Assembly: GCA_964577685.1 (NCBI GenBank)
Contig: CAZNZT010000007.1
Location: forward strand, 1-64,000
DNA: 64,000 nucleotides
Origin: an uncultured Methanosarcinales archaeon
Lineage (GTDB): Archaea > Nanobdellota > Nanobdellia > Woesearchaeales > JACPBV01
Reading direction: 5' to 3'
A program made the position numbers and the translations under genes. This document shows, one piece after another, positions 47,825 through 57,100 of the stretch (its first letter is position 1; the number at the start of each line of letters is the position of its first letter). Under the pieces are notes generated by a model. The model was given only the letters and a program-made list of their open reading frames with translations. It did not search any database and had not been told where the DNA came from.

Positions 47825-50800
47825 ATGCTAAACAAAAAATCAAAGTTAGAAACGAGAAAGAGAAAAAGCGTATTTGAAAGTAGATTTATGCTTGTCTTCC
47901 TTATTGTTTTAATAATCCTTGGCAGTATTTTTTGTGCAATATACATTAAAAGTTTTGTGGGTTTTGTTGTTTCTATTCCAGGCAAGGCTGGTTATATAAC
48001 TAAGCTTCTTATTGAGCAAAGGCTTCAGACTTCTCATTGGCAGGGCTTTTATGGATTAGCCTTAATGTTACAGGGTTACGATGAGGTTCAATATGAAAAT
48101 GCCTATCCTGGAGAAGTTAAATCTAAACACCTTGTATTTAATTGTCTTGAGCCAAATATAGACCATGAGGTCTATGCTAGTCTGGTACATCCAAATAGTT
48201 TAGATTGGAGTTCTGTAAAACCTGCGACACCTGAAATGGTTGAGGACTACTTTAATATAAGCTCATATGAGTATGATTCTCCTACAATTACATTTACCCA
48301 TAACGGCAGCGTAATGTTGGGTGCTAACAATATAACCGGTATTCCTATGACATATACAAAAAAATATGGCGATGAAAATAGTACAGCTTTTAACCTTGGA
48401 ATATTGAATGTCAGCGGGGACTTAGTGTTTTTTACTAAGATAGCTGATGTTCAGACTGGTTTTAATAACCAGAAACTTAATTATCAGATGATTTTACCCA
48501 CCTTGAATGGAACATTGTACTATTTCTTTGCAGATCCGAATGACAATTGTCCAAGTGGTTTGGGAATAGGATATTCTGGTGATGGTTTTGTTTATGGAAT
48601 TGTAATAGATAATAGCACAAACCAAACTTTGTCAAATGTTACAATAGGTGTAGGAGGCACAATCAATTATTCCGATGGGAGTGGTTTTTATAATATTTCA
48701 ACTAAGATAGGTTATCAGTATCTTGTTGCAATTAAGGAGGGATATTACATTTATACGGCTTTGGTTAATATAACTCTAGCTAATGGTATAGAGCGTAATA
48801 TTTCTATGGTGCCGTTTCCATCACAAGTAGGTAATGGAACTATCTATGGGACTGTTGTTAATAATAAGACCAATCAAACACTAAGCAATGTCACGATATT
48901 AATCGCTGGGAAAAGCATTTTAACGGATGAAAATGGATTCTATAATTCTACCGTTCCTGAAGGAAACCATACAATTATTGCTATGTTGAGCGGATATGGG
49001 GAGCATATTGGGTTTGTTGTTGTTCCTAGGGATAGCGAAGTAGAGTATAATATCTCATTGGAACCATTAACTGGTACTGTTGAGGGATTTGCTATTGACA
49101 ATAGCACAGGAGAATTTGTTTCAAATGTAACAGTTGGTATAGGTGGCTCAAGTGTCTTGACAAACGGGTCTGGTGCCTATTCAATTACAGCAAATGCTGG
49201 AGAGCATTTTATTATAGGAGTTAAACAGGGCTATGAGAACTATGTGAATAATATCACCGTGTTACCCGGAAAAACAATTAAACATAATCTTACAATGGTT
49301 CCTAGTCCTGTCATTGAGGGTGAGATTTATAATAACGGGACTGTTCAAGGTTATGTTACCAATAATTTGACTTCTGAAGTAATACAAAATGCAACTGTGA
49401 CTATAGCAGGTGTCTTTGATTATACCGACGAAAATGGTTTTTATAACATTTCTATTGTGGAAGGAAGGCACAATATCGTGGCTATAAAGACAGGTTATGA
49501 AAATTTTATAGGAGAAGTTAATGTTAGCGCAAATAATATAACCATTTATAATATTTCTATGAGTCCATTTGTGCCTCTCACAAAAGGGAATGGTACTATA
49601 AAAGGAACTATAACAAATACAGAGGGCGCCATACTAGAGGGGGTTATTGTAAGTCTTGCTGGGCAATCCACAACCTCAAATTCTAGTGGCGGTTATAATC
49701 TTACTGTTCCAGAAGGTACATATAATCTTGTTGCAGTGAAGTCTGGTTATGATAATTATTTTGCCCAGGTTGAGATAGTTGCTGGTAATACTACAATTCA
49801 TGATATTGTTATGAATTCATCTATAGTTATAGTCGGTAAGGGTCCTGCAACTGGAACAGGGGAGGGAAAAGGAAAAGCAAAAATAATAGAAAGAATCCTA
49901 AGAAGAGTACCTGTCATAAAAGAGATCAAAAGGCTAGATTATAAGATATCTATAAATAAGATTATCAAGTCCTTAAGGATAGGTTCTTTCTTGGATATAC
50001 CCCTTACAATTTCTAACCTAAAAAAGGAATCCCTTTCTGTTATGGTGTCCGTTGAGGGCGATGTTGCTCCATTGGTTAAGATTGACAAAAAGCTATTGAG
50101 TATAGCATCTGGATTCAGCGAAGACCTTAGGCTTACTTTGATTGGCAAAGGAGAGCCTGGTGTTTATGAAGGCAATATTGTTCTCTCTGGGGATATAAAT
50201 GAGAAGATTCCTCTTTATGTTTTGCTTTATGATAGGGAGAGGTTACCCATAGAGGCCCTCCTTGTTAGGTTGAGGTTATCTGATAGCAGGGTTCCGATTG
50301 GAGGTAATCTTAGATATAGGGTTGATATACAGAATTTATTGAGGGATGAAAAGTATAATGTTAGGCTGGTTCATAAGATTGTTAATAAAAAAACAGGTAA
50401 GGAGTTTTTGCTTGATACAGATTATGTAGATATTAAGACATCATTCTCTGTAATTAAGACCTTTCCAATAGACAAAGGCATTGAGCCAGGAGAATATCAA
50501 TTGAAGTTGGAGGTAAGATACCTTGATATGAGCTCTGAATATACAGGTTCATTTAAGATTGTAGTGCCTATTTATAGGTATGCTATTTTGGGGATAATTC
50601 CATTGTGGTTATTGCTTGTTTGTATTGGTGTTCTAGCAACATCTACTTTTGTTTATATGCTTTATAAAAAGAAAAAGGCAGAAGAAAAGAGGTATCGGGT
50701 TGAAGTGGATTTTGGTGAATTACCGCCACCAGGACCAAGGTCTGCTTTTGTTGGTAATATAGCTGACACTAGCAAAAAGGTTTATTTTGATTTAGATAAA

Positions 50801-52138
50801 TTTCAGATTCACACATTGGTAGCAGGAGCCTCTGGTTCTGGTAAAACAGTTGCTGCTCAGATCTTGGTTGAGGAGGCACTTTTGAAAAACGCATCTGTTC
50901 TTGTGTTTGATCCAACAGGGGTTTGGACTGGCTTCTTGAGGAAATGTCAGGATAAAAAGATACTTGACATGTATCCAAGGTTTGGTATGAAAAAAACTAG
51001 TGCAAGGGCCTTTAATGGAAATGTTCATCTGGTTTTTGATTATAGAGAGCTTATAGATATTAAGAAATATCTAAAGCCCGGGGAGATTAATATCTTTGTT
51101 ATTGATAAACTAGACACTAAAGGAGTTGAATTTTTTGTTGCAAATACTATTAAGCAAGTCTTTAAAACTAATCTGCCAGAGTCTCCAGAGTTGAAGTATC
51201 TCCTTGTCTATGATGGCGTCCATACCCTACTTCCTAAATTTGGTGGTTCTGGAAAGGTCTTTGTGCAGATTGAAAGAGCAACAAGAGAATTTAGGAAATG
51301 GGGTGTTGGTTTGGTATTAATAAGCCAGGTTGTGAGTGATATAGCAGCAGAGGTTTTGGCTAATGTAAATACAGAGATTCAGATGAGAACTAGGGACGAG
51401 GGAGATTTAAAGAGAATAAAGGAGGAGTATGGCGATATGATATTAAAGTCTGTTGTAAAAGCAGGTGTAGGTACGGGAATGGTTGAGAATTCTGCCTATA
51501 ACAAAGGAAAACCTTTCTTTGTTGCTTTCAGACCTGTATTACATAGCTTACAGAAATTAAAGGACGAAGAATTACAGAATTATAATAAATATAACTTAAT
51601 AATAGATGATTTGGAGTATCAGTTGGAGCAATTAAGGAGCGAGGGAATAGATACATTTGATTTAGAACTTGAACTCAAACTTGCTAAAGACAAGGTGAAA
51701 AGTGGTAACTTTAATCTTGTTGATATCTATCTTGATGGATTGAAGCCAAGAATAAAAAGCCAATGGGATAAAATCGGAAAAAAACCGAAGAAGAGGGAAG
51801 TAAAATTAGCAGATGTTGGTGAGGATGTGTTTGGAGTAGAGGAAAACAAGAACAAGGAAACAGCAAATAAAGAAATAAAAGCAGGGGAGAGAACGGGTAA
51901 GGAGATTATGACTAAGGGAAAAGATGCAACTGGAACTGGCAATAGGGAGGATGTTGTTTCTAAGGCGAATGACATATTGAGAGAAGCTTACAATGACTTA
52001 AGGAATGGAAATATAGGTGAAGCAAAGAATAAGTATGCTAAGCTTTCTGCATTATACAGGAAAGTTCCAAATGAGAATAAGCAAGAAATATATAAGAAAT
52101 GTCTAGAGTTAAGGAATGCTATGTTAGGTAAAAGATGA
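47825..52138 (+). CDS. Large membrane-anchored HerA/FtsK-family ATPase paralog with five extracellular carboxypeptidase-regulatory-like repeats; degenerate Walker B
   Basis: Repeats G.V.G.V.(D/N)N.T...(L/I)SNVT...(T/S)D..G.YN; TM; HTLVAGASGSGKT; LVYDGVH; REFRKWGVGLVLISQ. Confidence 0.87.
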   Translation: MLNKKSKLETRKRKSVFESRFMLVFLIVLIILGSIFCAIYIKSFVGFVVSIPGKAGYITKLLIEQRLQTSHWQGFYGLALMLQGYDEVQYENAYPGEVKSKHLVFNCLEPNIDHEVYASLVHPNSLDWSSVKPATPEMVEDYFNISSYEYDSPTITFTHNGSVMLGANNITGIPMTYTKKYGDENSTAFNLGILNVSGDLVFFTKIADVQTGFNNQKLNYQMILPTLNGTLYYFFADPNDNCPSGLGIGYSGDGFVYGIVIDNSTNQTLSNVTIGVGGTINYSDGSGFYNISTKIGYQYLVAIKEGYYIYTALVNITLANGIERNISMVPFPSQVGNGTIYGTVVNNKTNQTLSNVTILIAGKSILTDENGFYNSTVPEGNHTIIAMLSGYGEHIGFVVVPRDSEVEYNISLEPLTGTVEGFAIDNSTGEFVSNVTVGIGGSSVLTNGSGAYSITANAGEHFIIGVKQGYENYVNNITVLPGKTIKHNLTMVPSPVIEGEIYNNGTVQGYVTNNLTSEVIQNATVTIAGVFDYTDENGFYNISIVEGRHNIVAIKTGYENFIGEVNVSANNITIYNISMSPFVPLTKGNGTIKGTITNTEGAILEGVIVSLAGQSTTSNSSGGYNLTVPEGTYNLVAVKSGYDNYFAQVEIVAGNTTIHDIVMNSSIVIVGKGPATGTGEGKGKAKIIERILRRVPVIKEIKRLDYKISINKIIKSLRIGSFLDIPLTISNLKKESLSVMVSVEGDVAPLVKIDKKLLSIASGFSEDLRLTLIGKGEPGVYEGNIVLSGDINEKIPLYVLLYDRERLPIEALLVRLRLSDSRVPIGGNLRYRVDIQNLLRDEKYNVRLVHKIVNKKTGKEFLLDTDYVDIKTSFSVIKTFPIDKGIEPGEYQLKLEVRYLDMSSEYTGSFKIVVPIYRYAILGIIPLWLLLVCIGVLATSTFVYMLYKKKKAEEKRYRVEVDFGELPPPGPRSAFVGNIADTSKKVYFDLDKFQIHTLVAGASGSGKTVAAQILVEEALLKNASVLVFDPTGVWTGFLRKCQDKKILDMYPRFGMKKTSARAFNGNVHLVFDYRELIDIKKYLKPGEINIFVIDKLDTKGVEFFVANTIKQVFKTNLPESPELKYLLVYDGVHTLLPKFGGSGKVFVQIERATREFRKWGVGLVLISQVVSDIAAEVLANVNTEIQMRTRDEGDLKRIKEEYGDMILKSVVKAGVGTGMVENSAYNKGKPFFVAFRPVLHSLQKLKDEELQNYNKYNLIIDDLEYQLEQLRSEGIDTFDLELELKLAKDKVKSGNFNLVDIYLDGLKPRIKSQWDKIGKKPKKREVKLADVGEDVFGVEENKNKETANKEIKAGERTGKEIMTKGKDATGTGNREDVVSKANDILREAYNDLRNGNIGEAKNKYAKLSALYRKVPNENKQEIYKKCLELRNAMLGKR

Positions 52139-52617
52139 AGATGGAAGAGGACTTAACTAGTTTGGACAAATTGAAAGAGATGTTTAGAAATCTTAAATCC
52201 AGAATGTCTGAGTTAAGAAAAAAGGGCTATGATTTAAGTATTCCAGAAATTATGATTTTAGTTTTGCCGCCAAAGATAAAGTTAGCTGAGGTAACTAAAA
52301 AGAAAGAGGATATAGAGAATGCTATTGCTGTTATTAGTGAAATAAATCATGAACTTGATGAGATAGAAAAAACCAAAAATATAAATATTATGTTAAGAGA
52401 TGTTAATAATCTACTGAATCAGTGTGCTGATTCATTGAAGGAAGGGAATATTGATGAGGCTAAGGAAATCTATCTAAAAGCTGAAAAAATCTATAGAGAA
52501 TTGCCAGAAGAAGCTAAGATAGAGGTTTTTGATAAGTATTTTGAGGTAAGAGAGAATATTGAAAAATTTAAAAACAATAAGGGTTTTAATAGGAATAATC
52601 AGGGTAATGAAGAATAA
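52135..52617 (+). CDS. Helical cytoplasmic protein sharing a C-terminal module with the neighbouring ATPase
   Basis: EGNIDEAKEIYLKAEKIYRELPEEAKIEVFDK; ATGA overlap. Confidence 0.75.
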   Translation: MKMEEDLTSLDKLKEMFRNLKSRMSELRKKGYDLSIPEIMILVLPPKIKLAEVTKKKEDIENAIAVISEINHELDEIEKTKNINIMLRDVNNLLNQCADSLKEGNIDEAKEIYLKAEKIYRELPEEAKIEVFDKYFEVRENIEKFKNNKGFNRNNQGNEE

Positions 52618-52634
52618 TAAAAAAGAGGTGTATT

Positions 52635-53690
52635 ATGGGTTTGTTTGGAAAGAAGAAGGATAATGCAGATAATAGTCAAGATCCTCCTGGAGAAGATAAT
52701 TCTAGGAATGAGAGTGAACAAGTTCCTATAGCTAAGCTTATAGCTGATGTTGAAAAGTTAAAGGCCCAATTTAGCACTTTTTATGAATTGAACAAAGCGA
52801 ATACAGAAAGATTCACGAGAATAAATGAGCAGATTGGTGAGTTAAGAACAATGATACTTGATAGAGATAAGGCTAGTAGAGTGCTTGAGGCTAAAGCTAC
52901 GCAAGCTATTGGTATGGTTGAATCTGTCCAGCCGGATAAGTTTATGGTAGAGCTGAGGAAGCTTGAAAGCAAGACTGAGGCTCTTAAGGCTAATCTTGAG
53001 AGTAATGAGATGATGGTGAAGAATGCGTTATCTGAGTTAAAGGAAATAAGAAATAAAATCTTCACTTTTAGGGGAATGGAAGAAATGGTGAAGCTTAATG
53101 AGGAAGTAAAGGGGGAGCTAATGGAGATTAAAAAACTAAGCGCAACGGTTGGAAGGCATAGTGATAAGGTTGAAACAATATTTTCTGAATTGCAAAAAAA
53201 GATTGGTGATGTTGAAAAAATGTCGGATAAGGTTGAGGGATTAGATAAGTCACTTAGACAGATTGCTTCAGAATTAGATAATTTTAAAGTTAGGATTAGT
53301 GAATTTGCAACTAAGAAGGATATTGAGGATTTGTTATCTAAGTTTAAAGCTTTTGAAAAATATGTGAGCGGGATTGTTGGGCTTATCCATAAGAAAATGA
53401 ATAATTTTGAGAAGGATTTGCTTAATGATGTTGAAGAAAAAACAAAGAAGGTAGAAAAACTCCTTTCTGGTTTTGAAGAACTTGCGAAGAAAACACCGGA
53501 ACTTGATAAATTCTTCCATTTACTAGAAGATGAAGCAAAAAAGGCTCCACAAAAAGAAGTAAAAGTAGAGAAGATAAAGGTTCCCGGTGAAGAAGAACCT
53601 ATTGAAAAGCCTGAGGAAAAGCCAAGCCTTGCTGAGAGGTTTAAGGGCCTTAAGGAGAAAATATCCAAGATTGGAAGTAAAGAGGAGTAA
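52635..53690 (+). CDS. Long coiled-coil protein
   Basis: Heptad-rich; N-terminal MGLFGKKK; SD GAGGTG. Confidence 0.85.
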   Translation: MGLFGKKKDNADNSQDPPGEDNSRNESEQVPIAKLIADVEKLKAQFSTFYELNKANTERFTRINEQIGELRTMILDRDKASRVLEAKATQAIGMVESVQPDKFMVELRKLESKTEALKANLESNEMMVKNALSELKEIRNKIFTFRGMEEMVKLNEEVKGELMEIKKLSATVGRHSDKVETIFSELQKKIGDVEKMSDKVEGLDKSLRQIASELDNFKVRISEFATKKDIEDLLSKFKAFEKYVSGIVGLIHKKMNNFEKDLLNDVEEKTKKVEKLLSGFEELAKKTPELDKFFHLLEDEAKKAPQKEVKVEKIKVPGEEEPIEKPEEKPSLAERFKGLKEKISKIGSKEE

Positions 53691-53790
53691 TACCTATTTT
53701 CTGTTTTTTATATTTTTATTGTTTTTCTTTTTATCTTTGCCATTCTTCTTTCTTTAATAAAAATTAATAAAAATAAAAAAATTTATATAT

Positions 53791-53845
53791 TAGTTATAAA
53801 ATAGTTATAAAAAAGTAATATAATAGTAATAAAAAAGGTATAAAA
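53791..53845. repeat. Five degenerate 11-bp direct repeats (WAGTWATAAAA) immediately after a TATA box
   Basis: TAGTTATAAAA, TAGTTATAAAA, AAGTAATATAA, TAGTAATAAAA, AAGGTATAAAA at 53791, 53802, 53813, 53824 and 53835; TTTATATA at 53782. Confidence 0.6.
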
Positions 53846-53908
53846 AATAACTAAAATTTAATATATTCCTAGTTTTTATTTTTTTGTTTTTCGCAAAAGG
53901 CAGATATA

Positions 53909-54121
53909 ATGGTTAAGATAACAAAGGTAAATGAACAGCTGAGGATTAATATACCTAAAGAGATTGCTGAGCTTAAGGGATGGGATGAAAATACTGATCT
54001 TTCTTTTGTTCCTTTTCTTCAGAGTCCTGATTCTGAGCTTGATAAGGATGTTCCTATACTCATAAAAGAAGTTAAGCCAAAGCTAAAGCATAAACCAAAA
54101 TCAAGGATAAGAGATAAATAG
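53909..54121 (+). CDS. AbrB-like regulator
   Basis: MVKITKVNEQLRINIPKEIAELKGWD...L.F. Confidence 0.75.
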   Translation: MVKITKVNEQLRINIPKEIAELKGWDENTDLSFVPFLQSPDSELDKDVPILIKEVKPKLKHKPKSRIRDK

Positions 54122-54150
54122 ATGTAAGAGGGCGCAAAGGCGCAAATGTG

Positions 54151-57100
54151 ATGAGATGGATAAATAGAGGGCTATTACTAGCCCTGTCTATGGTATTAGT
54201 AGGTATTGGTATTTGTTCCTTTTTAGTTAGTGCTATAGCTCCTAGTAGTGTTAATAGTTTTAATCTTAGTGTGATTAATGAGTCGTTGAGTTTTAGGAAC
54301 GAGTCTTTTTATCTTGATAAGGATTTCTACTCTTTGGGGGAGGAGGTTTTAATTTATGCTAATATTGCTAACCTTACAGATATAGAGAGAGTTGTCATAA
54401 CAAGGTATAAAGAAAATTATAGATTTGTTGGGAATTTTAATAATCCTTTGGTATTTGTTGCTCCTGATTTTGGTGATTATACAGTTAGTATTTTCCTGAA
54501 GAATGGTTCACTTTATAAGAAAAAGTTTTCCGTTATAAATGGGTCTAATGTATCTGAAAATATGTCTGAATCTTCACTTGGACTCTTTCTTAAGACAAAT
54601 AAGATAAATTATTTTGTTGGGGATGAGGTTGTAATAAACTTCAATCTTGTTGTAGCAAGGAATTATAGCCTTCTTATTTACTCCAACAATAGCATTTTTC
54701 AGTATTTGGGTATTCTGAAATCTCCTTTAGTATTTCTACCGAGAGAGGCTGGGAAATATGTTGTTGAAATTAATGACCTAAATTCTACATTGGTATCAAC
54801 TGTTTTTTATGTTAGGGATAAGGAGATAACAGGTGATGTTTACACAGACAAAAGCGTATATAATGTAAGTGAGAGGGTTACAATCGGCATAATCGGGAAT
54901 GCAACAGAACTTAAGGTTGTGTTTGGCAATGATAGTTTTAATTTTATTAAGCCTAAGAGGGAGGTAGTCTTTATACCCAAGAGACAGGGTAAATATAAAA
55001 TAGTGGCGATATTTAGAGAGGGAAACAGGACAAAGAGGGTGTTTTCTTATTTTGATGTATTGATTAGAAAGGAAAAAGAAACCAATGCAGGTTATTTCTT
55101 CTCTATATCTGAGGATGTTGTTGTTAGGGTAGATTTTTCTGATATCATTGAGAGCAAGAAGACTATTATTGAAAAAATATTTGGAATTTCTCCAATAGAA
55201 AAGATTGTAGCTTATGTTATGAATCATGGTAACGACAACAGGTTTAATCTTACTATTGAGGATGTAAGTAACGGGGTAGTTGTTACAAGGATAAAAAAGA
55301 ATCCAAAGATAGAACCATCCCTTTATTTTCTTGTTGTTGAGGTAACCTTACACAATGAGGTTATAAGAAGAAATGTGTCCTTCATGTGGGGGAACATTTC
55401 AGAGTGGAATATAACTAGCAATTTTACAAAGACTGCTAATAAGAGCAATATTACTGATATTAGCAGGTTTGTTAAATATTACTTTTCAATTAATGATACG
55501 CCAGAGATTGCAGTTGATTTTACTGATGAAATAAATAAACCAAGGAACATATTAGAAATCGCGCTTGGAAAGCCAAAGGTAGAGAAGATAAGTGCTTATG
55601 TTGAAGGTGAGGAGCAGAATAATGACTTTAGTTTGTATATATCTCATATAGAGTTAGATAAGTTTTTAGTTGTGATTAATAATAAAGTGCCAAAGAAAGA
55701 TATTTATAGTTTAGTTGTGGTTGCTAAAGTTGATGATAGGTTTTTCTTGAAACAGATATTGTTTGACTGGGGTTTAGATAATATTTCTTTGATTAGGGAA
55801 AGGGTTAAGGTAAAAAATAAAACAGTTACTCTTGAAGAGGCTTTGAGGGTTACTGGTATTGGTTATTCCGTAGAAAAAGAAAAATTAAATAAATCTTTAA
55901 ATAAAACAATTAATAAAACTAATGAGTTAATTAACTTAAGTAATAAATTAATTAATTATACAAGAATAAATATAACGGAAAAAGAAAATTTAGTATTGTA
56001 TACTAACAAGGATGTCTATAAGATTGGTGAGAGGGTTTATATCTATTCTAATGCTCGTCTTAGTAATCTTGAGATACTACTTAACGATACACCTCTATTT
56101 TCTAAGGATAATGTTACAGGTTTTGTGTCTTTTGTGCCCAAAAAGACAGGTGATTATAAGATAGAGGCTTTGGCTTTGGTTGGTGGTTCAATTGAAATAT
56201 TGGCTGCTAATTTTTCTGTTGCTCTTTCTGAGAAAGCCAATATTTCATTGACACCATCTAAAATAAATAGGATAGAGAATCTTGAATTCTTAGTTAGAGA
56301 TTTTAGAAATAAAAATCTTAGTTCTGTTGTGAGATTATACAGGGGAGGAGCACTAATTAGTGAATTGACTAATGTGAAAAGAAGAGTTAAATTGTTTGGA
56401 GCTGCTATTGGAAAAAAAGGAGAGATAGGAATAGAGAAAGGGGAATATGATGTTGAGGTCATTCCAAAAGAGGTTCCGATTAAAAGAATTTTCTTCAGAA
56501 AATTAAAAATTAGAAATAATACCTTAAGTTTGAGATTGGATAACTTTTCTGTTTCCAAGGTTGATATTAAAAGAGTAAAAAAAGAGAGAATAGTAAATAC
56601 TTTTGCTATAGATCCATCAGATTTGAATTTTAGTGATGCTATTATTACTGTGAGGGCTAAAGGTAATAGCTTATGGAAGTGTAGGCTCTGGAATTTTTCT
56701 GAGCAGAGATGTTATGGAGCTTGGACTAAGATAAAAGAGTTGATTCCAGGGAGGGAATATAATCTAACTCTGATGCTTGAGGATCCAGCTTATGCTGAGG
56801 TTAATATTACTATCATTAATGTTCAGAGCTATCCTACTGTTGGAGGTAATTGGACTGTTAGGTTTAATACAACTGGTGTAGCTAATCTGATGATTAGGGC
56901 TGTTAATGGTACAACCTGGAGCAATTCTAGTGAAGATAATGATTTTGATTTAAGATTTTTGGAAATCAGATGTGGTAATAGAACCTTGCCTTATAAGTGG
57001 GTTAATGATTCTTTGTTCATTCAAGATTATGGTTGTAATGAAACTGGATATGAAGTTAGCGAGGTATTGACAACAGGAAAGCATACATTAGAGTTTAGGT

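Noticed and set aside
52781..53668. 295-aa minus-strand ORF
   Set aside because: Antisense to the coiled-coil gene; S/F/L-rich shadow with no motifs.
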